64,000 nt of DNA from an uncultured Desulfobacter sp. GTDB taxonomy: Bacteria > Desulfobacterota > Desulfobacteria > Desulfobacterales > Desulfobacteraceae. The notes under the pieces are model-generated. The model saw nothing but the letters and a program-made list of their open reading frames with translations. It ran no database searches and was not told the DNA's origin. Positions within the stretch are counted from its first letter, which is position 1. Every line of letters begins with the position of its first letter. Shown piece after piece: positions 50,156-58,612 of the stretch. Made by a program: the position numbers and the translations under genes. Location: NCBI GenBank assembly GCA_963665095.1, contig OY762069.1, forward strand, positions 5,600,001 to 5,664,000, read 5' to 3'.

Positions 50156-51508
50156 ATGCGCATTGCCATGCTCTCCCCCATTGCCTGGCGCACCCCGCCG
50201 CGGCACTACGGCCCCTGGGAAAAAGTGGCCTCCCTCTTAACCGAGGCCCTGGTGGGCCTGGGCCATGACGTCACGCTGTTTGCCACGGCAGATTCCATTA
50301 CGCGCAGCACCCTTCATGCGGTCTGTTCCCAGGGATATGAAGAGGATTCAGACATCATTCCCAAAGTAGGCGAATGCCTTCACATTTCTGAATTGTTTGA
50401 CCATGCCCAAGAGTTTGATATCATTCACAATAACTTTGATTTTCTTCCCTTAACCTATGCAGGCCTTACCCAGACCCCTATGGTGACCACCATCCACGGT
50501 TTTTCATCGCCTGGAATTTTACCGGTGTACCGCAAATACAATAAAAAAACCTTTTACGTTTCCATCAGCGATGCTGACCGGGCTAAGGGCCTTGACTATA
50601 TTGACACCATTCACCACGGCATCGATATAAAGGAGTTTCATTTTCAGGCCCACCCGGAGGAGTATCTGGTCTTTTTCGGCCGCATCCATCCGGATAAAGG
50701 CGCCAAAGAGGCCATTGACATCGCCCGGGCATGCGGCAGAAGGCTGATCATGGCAGGCATTATTCAGGACAGCACCTATTTTAGGGAAGATATCCAGCCC
50801 TTCATTGACGATGCCTCTGTGGTTTATCTCGGCAGTGTTGGACCCGATAAGAGAAATGACCTTTTGGGCAAGGCCTATGCCCTGCTTCATCCCATCAATT
50901 TCAACGAACCATTCGGTCTTTCCGTTATCGAAGCCATGGCCTGCGGCACGCCGGTCATTGCAAACAACCGGGGCAGTATGCCCGAACTGATCCGGGACAA
51001 TAAAAACGGATTTCTTGTTTCCGGAACAGATGAGGCTGTCTCTGCGGTGGACCGCATCAGGGATATTGACCGTGAATTCTGCCGCAGAACTGTTCTGGAT
51101 CACTTTACCATCGACGGCATGGTTAAAAAATATATCCGGGTGTATGAGCGGATTCTGGAGAGGACCCGGCGTGAAGACCACCGCCCCTGGGGCTTTTATA
51201 CCATACTGTCCGATGAGGATGCCGTGAAGAACAAAAAGATCGTGGTTTATCCGGGAAAACGCTTAAGCCTTCAGCGCCACCAGTACCGCGATGAGCACTG
51301 GTATATCGTCAGCGGTAAAGGGCTTTGGACCCTTGACGGCAAAACCGTCCCGGTGACTGCCGGGCAATCCGTGGATATCCCCAGAAAAACCATCCACAGA
51401 ATGGAAAACAGGGGCCGGGACAATCTGGTTTTTATGGAAATTCAGACCGGCGACTATTTTGGCGAAGATGATATTGAACGTCTGGCCGATGATTTCGGAA
51501 GGATCTGA
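50156..51508 (+). CDS. GT4 glycosyltransferase fused to a mannose-6-phosphate-isomerase-type cupin
   Basis: PPRHYG, GRIHPDKG, EPFGLSVIEAMACGTPV; RPWG, LSLQRHQYRDEHW, EIQTGDYFGEDDIER. Confidence 0.9.
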   Translation: MRIAMLSPIAWRTPPRHYGPWEKVASLLTEALVGLGHDVTLFATADSITRSTLHAVCSQGYEEDSDIIPKVGECLHISELFDHAQEFDIIHNNFDFLPLTYAGLTQTPMVTTIHGFSSPGILPVYRKYNKKTFYVSISDADRAKGLDYIDTIHHGIDIKEFHFQAHPEEYLVFFGRIHPDKGAKEAIDIARACGRRLIMAGIIQDSTYFREDIQPFIDDASVVYLGSVGPDKRNDLLGKAYALLHPINFNEPFGLSVIEAMACGTPVIANNRGSMPELIRDNKNGFLVSGTDEAVSAVDRIRDIDREFCRRTVLDHFTIDGMVKKYIRVYERILERTRREDHRPWGFYTILSDEDAVKNKKIVVYPGKRLSLQRHQYRDEHWYIVSGKGLWTLDGKTVPVTAGQSVDIPRKTIHRMENRGRDNLVFMEIQTGDYFGEDDIERLADDFGRI

Positions 51509-51518
51509 AAGGACTCAA

Positions 51519-52460
51519 ATGGATAAAATCCAGGATATTGTGACGCGTTACCCCAAAAACCCGATACTGACCCGGGAGGATGTGCCCTATCCCGTTGTAA
51601 CGGTGCACAATGCCGGGGTGGTCAGATACAAAGACCGCTATATCATGCTGTTCCGGTCCCATTTGAAAAACGGACGGTCTGTCATCGGAAGGGCGGACAG
51701 CCCGGATGGCTTTACTTTCACAGTCAGCCCGGAACCCTTTTTAACGCCGGCATCCAGTGGACGTTTTGCCGAATACGAAGCCTTCGGGGTCGAGGATTTG
51801 CGCATCAACCCGGTTGAGGGCTCATACCTTCTCACCTACAGTGCCTATTCCCGCCACGGGGTTCGTATTGCCCTGGCCCGGACCTGTGATTTTGAAAAAA
51901 TCGAACGGATTGCCCTGATCACCCAGGCTGATCTGCGCAATGTGGTGATCTTTCCTGAAAAAATTGATGGCCGGTATGTCCGTCTGGACCGTCCCCACTC
52001 GGAAATTTCTCCCTGGTCCATCTGGATTTCCTATTCCCCGGACCTGATTTACTGGGGGGACTCACAGGTTGTCATCAAGCCCTTACCCTACCACTGGGAT
52101 GAAATGAAAATCGGCCCCGGCTCACCGCCCATTAAGACGGATGAGGGCTGGCTTCATATCTACCACGGTGTTTTTAAAACCATGTCCGGAACCGTATACC
52201 GGCTTGGGGCGGCGCTGCATGATTTATCAGACCCTTCCAGGGTTATCGGGGTGTCTGATCAATGGATCCTGCAGCCCGAAGAGGTCTGGGAACAGACCGG
52301 CTATGTCCCCAATGTGGTGTTTAGCTGCGGTGCTGTACCTGAAGATGACGGAATGCTGAAAATTTACTGGGGGGGAGCAGATACGGTGATGTGCGCGGGT
52401 ACGGCAAAGATTTGTGATCTTGTCTCCCTGTGCCGTCTGTCGAATCGTCCGCCCATGTAA
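51519..52460 (+). CDS. GH130 family beta-mannoside phosphorylase/hydrolase
   Basis: NPIL, HNAG, GVEDLRI, FPEKI, KIGPG, GWLHIYHG, VPNVVF. Confidence 0.9.
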   Translation: MDKIQDIVTRYPKNPILTREDVPYPVVTVHNAGVVRYKDRYIMLFRSHLKNGRSVIGRADSPDGFTFTVSPEPFLTPASSGRFAEYEAFGVEDLRINPVEGSYLLTYSAYSRHGVRIALARTCDFEKIERIALITQADLRNVVIFPEKIDGRYVRLDRPHSEISPWSIWISYSPDLIYWGDSQVVIKPLPYHWDEMKIGPGSPPIKTDEGWLHIYHGVFKTMSGTVYRLGAALHDLSDPSRVIGVSDQWILQPEEVWEQTGYVPNVVFSCGAVPEDDGMLKIYWGGADTVMCAGTAKICDLVSLCRLSNRPPM

Positions 52461-52487
52461 CCCTGAACTGAATTAGGAAAGACATTG

Positions 52488-53963
52488 ATGCCGAAAAAAA
52501 GCCATGGCAACCTGACGATCACAAGAAAACCCAATAAAATAGTCGGGGATACCTCCCGTGTCATTACAAGGCCCCATCTCCCGGCTGATTCCAGGCGCAT
52601 CGCCTCGATCATCCAGCGAATCCGCGGCCTGACCCAGAAGGAGGGCAACAGATTATTAACACAGATCATGAAAGATTTTTCCAGGCGCCACGACGACCTG
52701 GTCCATATTTTTGAACGGCACTTCAACCTGGTAAAACACCAAATTAAAAAAGAGACCTTGCTCAGTGACACGGAAAGAACATTGATCGGCGCGTATTTTA
52801 CAAAGGAGTATGCCATTGAATCCGCAGCGCTTTTCAATCCATCCATTGTGCCGCATCCAATTCAAAGTCATCTTGAAGAAGGCAGCCTTCGGTTTGTCAT
52901 GAGTTTGAGGGCCACCGGGGAAGGCCACATTTCCTCCATTGTTTTCAGAAGCGGTGTGCTGAACCGGTACAACACCTTCCGGTTTGACCCGGTCAGTGAG
53001 TTTGTGGAGACACCGGAACTGAAGTTGAACCCCTTATACAAGCGAAAGCTCTTTGAGTACAAGCTCAGGGAAATGAATGCAGATTCCGATATCTGCACCC
53101 ATGTCCTCAATGCGCTTCCCGAAGAATTCAGCAAGGAAGAACTGGGCAGGGAAATGACCAGGCTTCATAAACACCCTCAATTTTCAAAAACCGGACAGAA
53201 CAGGACCTTTGAGATTATCAACTGGCTTTCGGACTCCAATTATGAGGTGGATTTCCATTCGAATCACCGCATCTCCGAGCGGGTCATCTTTCCGGTTTCC
53301 AAAAATGAGAGCCGCGGGATAGAAGATGCGCGGTTTGTTCAGTTTTTTGATGAGAACGGGGACTCAACCTACTATGCAACCTATACGGCGTATAACGGGG
53401 TGACCATTTTACCCCAGCTGATCGAAACCAGGGATTTTATCAGTTTTAAAATTACAATGCTGAACGGAAAAGCAGCACAGGATAAAGGCCTGGCCCTGTT
53501 CCCCCGGAAGATTAAGGGCCAGTTTGCCATGCTGTCCCGGCAGGATGGTGAGAGCAACCATATTATGTTTTCAAAACACCTGCACTTCTGGAGAACCTCT
53601 CATATGATCCAGATGCCCGAGTATCCCTGGGAATTTGTCCAGATCGGCAACTGCGGTTCGCCCATGGAGACTGAGAAAGGCTGGCTCGTTCTGACCCATG
53701 GTGTCGGGCCCATGCGGCAATACTGCATCGGTGCCATGCTCCTTGATCTTGAAAACCCGCGCAAGGTCATCGCACGGCTTGAACAACCGCTTTTGGCTCC
53801 CACTGAAAAAGAGCGGGAGGGGTATGTTCCAAACGTCGTCTACTCCTGCGGTTCAATCATCCATCGCAATGAGCTGGTCATTCCCTATGCCATGTCCGAT
53901 ATTAATTCGGGCATCGCAACGGTTTCTGTGAGTCATCTGATCAATGCGATGCGCAGTGTATAG
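52488..53963 (+). CDS. long GH130-family protein
   Basis: AALFNPS, GEGHISS, GIEDARF, DKGLALFP, IGNCG, GYVPNVVYSCG. Confidence 0.88.
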   Translation: MPKKSHGNLTITRKPNKIVGDTSRVITRPHLPADSRRIASIIQRIRGLTQKEGNRLLTQIMKDFSRRHDDLVHIFERHFNLVKHQIKKETLLSDTERTLIGAYFTKEYAIESAALFNPSIVPHPIQSHLEEGSLRFVMSLRATGEGHISSIVFRSGVLNRYNTFRFDPVSEFVETPELKLNPLYKRKLFEYKLREMNADSDICTHVLNALPEEFSKEELGREMTRLHKHPQFSKTGQNRTFEIINWLSDSNYEVDFHSNHRISERVIFPVSKNESRGIEDARFVQFFDENGDSTYYATYTAYNGVTILPQLIETRDFISFKITMLNGKAAQDKGLALFPRKIKGQFAMLSRQDGESNHIMFSKHLHFWRTSHMIQMPEYPWEFVQIGNCGSPMETEKGWLVLTHGVGPMRQYCIGAMLLDLENPRKVIARLEQPLLAPTEKEREGYVPNVVYSCGSIIHRNELVIPYAMSDINSGIATVSVSHLINAMRSV

Positions 53964-54021
53964 GGCCATGCGCAGGGTATAGGGCGATGCGCAGGGTATA
54001 GGGCCATGCGCAGGGTAACGG
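53946..54021 (+). repeat. 19-bp tandem repeat x 4 whose first unit is the gene's 3' end
   Basis: gcgatgcgcagtgtatagg / gccatgcgcagggtatagg / gcgatgcgcagggtatagg / gccatgcgcagggtaacgg. Confidence 0.9.
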
Positions 54022-54106
54022 CCGGAAGTTTTAACGCGTATGGGACCGCTGAAAAAAACAGCAGACAAAAAGGCCATAATGATAAGCCCCAAAAAGGATT
54101 TAACTA

Positions 54107-55246
54107 TTGAGAAAAAAACAAAGGGACGCTTTACTGATCTCTTTTTTCAAGGAAAAAGAGAATTACAAAAAACTTGCCGAGTATGTTGTCCGGCTGCTAA
54201 AAGACGATCCTTCCGCCCCAAAGGAGAGCATACATACCATTCTGTACAGGATCAAAGACGCATCAAGGCTCATAGAAAAAATCGACCAGGAAAATACCGG
54301 CTCGGAATCTGATATGGCACCGATCACACATAAAAATTTCAAGGATAGGATAGGGGATATCATTGGCATCCGGATTATCTGTCTGCGCCTTTCAGACATT
54401 GTGAACGTCGAGGCGTATCTTGAATATTTAGTGGAAGAAAAAATATTAACGTTCATACAACAACCCGATTATAAAAGAACATTTGTTCTGCCGATAGATC
54501 CTGGCAAGGCCGTTCCAAAGGATGTCAGTCTCCAATACAGCGGCTACTCTTCAATTCACTACCAGATCAAGATAGGTGAGAATTCAGATGCAGGCCAAGC
54601 GTTTAAAAGCATTCAGATTGAACTGCAATTGAGGACCATTCTTGAGGAGGCATGGGGGGAGATTGACCATAAATACAGATACAGCTACAGTCGAATCGGG
54701 AACATACTTCCAAACTATATACACTCAGGGTTCTATAATTTGAGCGCCTATCTGCAGGCCGCCGCCATGCAGGCTGAGCAATTGTGCCGGGACGTTGAGG
54801 CGTATAGCTTGAAAAGGACCCTAAAGTTGAAAGGAAATAAAAAGACTCCGATTCCACCAGAATCGGAGGAAAAAGAAACGATGAATGACCTTGCTGACCC
54901 ATTGACGGTGCCCCCGGCCCTTAAATCGGTATTGGAAGAGACATTCGGGTTTAAAACAACAACGAGAACCCTTGCGTATATCATGAGACGGCTTAATAAA
55001 TTAGGCTTCTCCCAGCGCTCTAAAAGCTTTTTTCAGAAAATATTCAAAAAGCGCAGACTGAATGAATTCCGATCTGTTTACCAGGAAGTTCTAAACCAAG
55101 ATCCATTTAAGGACAGTGCGAATAGAAATATTGATCTCATAAATGCCGTGAATTTTGCGCTTTTCGACGAAATCGAAGGCGCAATGGTCGCAAAGGAAGG
55201 ATTGAGATCCACTCTAAAATGGAGAAAAGATCGTTTGTCTATTTAA
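54107..55246 (+). CDS. RelA/SpoT synthetase-domain protein (small alarmone synthetase-like)
   Basis: YRIK..RLIEK, DIIGIRII, GYSSIHY, IELQLRT..EAWGEIDH. Confidence 0.88.
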   Translation: MRKKQRDALLISFFKEKENYKKLAEYVVRLLKDDPSAPKESIHTILYRIKDASRLIEKIDQENTGSESDMAPITHKNFKDRIGDIIGIRIICLRLSDIVNVEAYLEYLVEEKILTFIQQPDYKRTFVLPIDPGKAVPKDVSLQYSGYSSIHYQIKIGENSDAGQAFKSIQIELQLRTILEEAWGEIDHKYRYSYSRIGNILPNYIHSGFYNLSAYLQAAAMQAEQLCRDVEAYSLKRTLKLKGNKKTPIPPESEEKETMNDLADPLTVPPALKSVLEETFGFKTTTRTLAYIMRRLNKLGFSQRSKSFFQKIFKKRRLNEFRSVYQEVLNQDPFKDSANRNIDLINAVNFALFDEIEGAMVAKEGLRSTLKWRKDRLSI

Positions 55247-55255
55247 AGGAGTATC

Positions 55256-55697
55256 ATGCGGCTAAATGCATCCTGTGGAATTGAATTTCAGATATCGGTT
55301 CCAACCCCTTTTTTTGCTGATGCTTCGCCCCCGCAGCGGACGGCAGCAGTGGATCACACGCGAAGAATATCTTTTATCACCCAGCGTGCCGGCGGCAGAG
55401 TTTACGGATTCCTTCGGCAATCTATGTCAAAGACTGGTCGCACCGGCCGGTGATTTTTCAGTTCGTACCTCTGTTGATATCGAGACTGCGGAAAATTCCG
55501 ACAGGGCTCCCGGCGCACCGTTCATCGACGTGCAGAAGTTGCCGGATGCCACCCTGCCGTTCCTGTATCTCAGCCGCTATTGTGAATCGGATCGCTTCAC
55601 GGAAATGGTGGCATTGGTTACCAAGGACCGCTGTCCAGGATACGATCAATGCGAGGCCATTGTCGGCTATATCAGGGATTCGATAGGCTATACCCCT
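55256..55697 (+). pseudogene. transglutaminase-like protein, frameshifted (T7 at 55309-55315) and 3'-truncated
   Basis: [24 protein letters not shown]; ends against the integrase remnant before the catalytic Cys. Confidence 0.78.
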
Positions 55698-56157
55698 TCC
55701 CAGCATTTTGAACGATTTCACGTGCTCTGGTATATCCAAATAGAAACACGTTGTGGTCATCTCCTATCTTGCCGGTGGTGATATATTCCCGTAAACGGTC
55801 CGCTACTTTTTTAGGGATAAAAACAATCTCGGTCTGATTTCCGCTTTTCGGATCAGTTAAAACCAACCTTCTGCCGTGCACATTCTTGGCTTTTAATTTC
55901 AGAACCTCTCCAACTCTCATCCCACCTCTTGCCATCCGCTCGAGCATCCATCAATCGGTTTCTGGAATTATTTGCCTTAAAGATAATTTCGTCCACAACA
56001 TCCCTGTCAAGAATTGTCCACGACCTCCCCTTGGCTGTTTTAAATGTTTTCCTCAATTTTAAATCGTGTCAGAAAAAAACCATAATTTCTTATGGTATTT
56101 TTTTGAATTCATTTTTTGGTGATTCAGAAAAGTGTCGATGGCATTTGATGTTTTCAT
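55692..56157 (-). pseudogene. tyrosine integrase remnant (frameshifts, C-terminus lost)
   Basis: AAGGAG RBS, MKTSNAIDTFL..., VVDEIIF, MARGGMRVGEVLKL, PKSG. Confidence 0.8.
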
Positions 56158-56354
56158 GATGCTCTCCTTTGATAAAAATTGAGGTTCACCTGGAAAGAGG
56201 CCCCAGTCAGATATTTTAAAACATGAAAATTTTTTTTCAACTGACAGACCATGGTCAGGGGAAAAGATATCGGTTCTGAATAACACCAGCATCTTTAATA
56301 TTTCACTGAGGACTTTGTTACAAGCAACATACCCACAATGCTGATTTTAAAACC

Positions 56355-56371
56355 CCGGACTATTATTAATA
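56355..56371 (+). repeat. candidate att site, right copy (CCGGACTATTATTAATA)
   Basis: 16 of 17 identical to 33325-33341; about 200 bp upstream of the integrase start. Confidence 0.55.
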
Positions 56372-56714
56372 GCCTGACCATCAAGTTCCTGAAAAATGAG
56401 GTAGATGTGCATTCCATTTGTGTTGTCCATTTGAGCCCATCTCGGTTATACGGTGTCACTCAACAAATTTATTAGGGCTGTATAGAAAGAGGGTGAAGAC
56501 AATGTTTATTGAGAAACATGAAATGCGGTATTGATTTTGATTTTGCTTTATTTTTGGATATAGTTGTTCAACCTATCTTGTGCCCGTCAAGGCCGATAGG
56601 AAATTTTATAAAGTTGACGGCACCGGAGGCGGGACGAGAACATGCAAGGGCTTGCTCCAATGGGATTTTAAATCCGGGAAACAGAACAAACAACTTAGAC
56701 CGTTAGGATATATT

Positions 56715-58178
56715 ATGCAGAAACAAAACCCGGGCCGGTATCTGATGGCCGCAGATGTGGGCACCCAAAGTGCCAAGGTGGTAATTTTTGACCTGGAGGG
56801 ATCCATTGTCTGCCAGGCCGGTCAAAAGCTTCGCAAAATGGATATCCCTGCCCCGCTGCTGGCGGAACATCCTGATGACGATGTCTGGGATGCGCTGGCA
56901 TCGGCATGCGGGGCTGTTATGACCGAGTTTAAGGAGACCCTTCAAAAAGATCCCAAAGATATTATGGCCGTGGGCCTGTGTGTGATCCGGTGCTGCAGGG
57001 CACTGCTCAAGCCGGACGGCACTCTGGCCTGGCCCCTGATCGACTGGATGGATAAACGGATGAATGATCCCTATCAGCATCTGCCCCAGTACGGCGATGT
57101 GGCCTGGGTCACCACAAGTTCAGGGTATATCACCCACCGCCTCACCGGCAAGCCCAAGGACACTTGCGCCAATTACATCGGCTGGTGGCCCATGGACGAT
57201 GAGACCTGCCGGTGGAAAAAAGATCCAAAGGCCTTTGAAGAGTGCAACCTTACCTCCGACATGCTCTTTGATGTTGTCCATCCAGGGGATATTTTAGGCA
57301 ACGTGTCAGCAACGGCTGGGGAAAAAACAGGGTTGCCAAAAGGACTGCCCGTGGTTGCCACAGCCCATGATAAGGCGGTGGAAGCCTTGGGCGCAGGCAC
57401 CCTTGACAAGGGCACCGTACTAATCTCCCTTGGCACCTATATCTGCGCCATGGTACACGGCCGGGAATATCGGCCCGATGCACAAAATTTCTGGACCTTC
57501 CAGGCATCAATTCCAGAAAAGTATCTTTATGAATGTATGGGGGTCAGAAGAGGGATGTGGACGGTCTCCTGGTTCTGCGACCAGTTTGGCCGGAGTATTG
57601 TGGGAGAAGCCAAAGCGCAGAATGTAAGCATTGAGGAGATGTTCAACCGGGAAGCAGGCCTGGTGCCTGCCGGATGCGACGGACTTTTAACCATCCATGA
57701 CTGGGCGCCACCGGCCCACGCCGTCTATCGCAAAGGGGCAATGCTCGGATTTGACGGCCGCCATACCCGGGCACATATCTACCGGTCCATTTTAGAAGGC
57801 ATCGCCTTTACCATGAAAAACCATGTGGATAAAATGATGGCCGAACTTGAAACCCCCATTGAAAGACTGGTGATCACGGGGGGCGGCTCCAACAGTGATC
57901 TGATCATGCAAATTTTTGCAGACATGTTCGGGGTGCATGCCGGCCGGAACCAGATGAAGGGCGCGGCTGCCATCGGATGCGCCGTAAATGCGGGAATGGC
58001 CACAGGCGCTTTTGCCTCCTATGAACAGGCTGTGGAGAAGATGGTAAAAAAGGACGCTGTATTCATCCCTCATCCTGACACCCATGACCTGTACCAGAGT
58101 TTGAATACCTCGGTATATCAAAAAGCTCATGCCTGCCTGGATCCGCTGTTAAAACCTTTAAGCCCCATTGTTGATTAG
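56715..58178 (+). CDS. ygcE: FGGY carbohydrate kinase, YgcE-like
   Basis: DVGTQSAK, AEHPDDD, IRCCRALLK, DKAVEALGAG, ISLGTYI, GMWTVSW, TGGGSNSD. Confidence 0.88.
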   Translation: MQKQNPGRYLMAADVGTQSAKVVIFDLEGSIVCQAGQKLRKMDIPAPLLAEHPDDDVWDALASACGAVMTEFKETLQKDPKDIMAVGLCVIRCCRALLKPDGTLAWPLIDWMDKRMNDPYQHLPQYGDVAWVTTSSGYITHRLTGKPKDTCANYIGWWPMDDETCRWKKDPKAFEECNLTSDMLFDVVHPGDILGNVSATAGEKTGLPKGLPVVATAHDKAVEALGAGTLDKGTVLISLGTYICAMVHGREYRPDAQNFWTFQASIPEKYLYECMGVRRGMWTVSWFCDQFGRSIVGEAKAQNVSIEEMFNREAGLVPAGCDGLLTIHDWAPPAHAVYRKGAMLGFDGRHTRAHIYRSILEGIAFTMKNHVDKMMAELETPIERLVITGGGSNSDLIMQIFADMFGVHAGRNQMKGAAAIGCAVNAGMATGAFASYEQAVEKMVKKDAVFIPHPDTHDLYQSLNTSVYQKAHACLDPLLKPLSPIVD

Positions 58179-58612
58179 AAGTCACCTGTATAATAATTTT
58201 TTGGTCCCAAGAAATAGCTAACCGTCTTCTTTGAATCTGCATTGAGTTAAAGAAGGGTCCAAGACCAACAAACGGACGATTGCAAAACATCCAACTATCT
58301 GAAATAATATTAAAAATATACTTGCAGATGATGTTGTTGTGTTCTGCATTGGAGGGGTCAGGGATTCTTTTGCCGTATCATTTTATCATATGTCATTCAG
58401 TTGATTTCACAAGGATTAAACGCTGAAATTTAATATGTCACCTTTCCATGAGTTCTTATGACAGCCACGGGCCGGCCTGACAGATCAACTGCCAAGCTTA
58501 GGCCCACAAAGGAAGTTGAAAAATCTGTGTGCGTTACGTAGCCTTTTTTATTAAACCCAGCCGGTAAAGATACTGCTTGATAAAATTCAACTAAACTGAA
58601 AAACTATCCGGC

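Noticed and set aside
50054..54021. Tandem arrays at 50054 and 53946 as CRISPR
   Set aside because: Units are 14 and 19 bp, contiguous, with no unique spacers and no cas genes.
56570..56640. Alternative stems upstream of the FGGY kinase (CCTATC/GATAGG, GTGCCCGTCAA/TTGACGGCAC) as a riboswitch
   Set aside because: No riboswitch consensus recognised and no terminator U-tract; an Rfam search would be needed.
11270..58178. Complete TAG reassignment
   Set aside because: Seven genes end in TAG at plausible family C-termini (11272, 17070, 17116, 20815, 31866, 53963, 58178). Only partial read-through remains possible.
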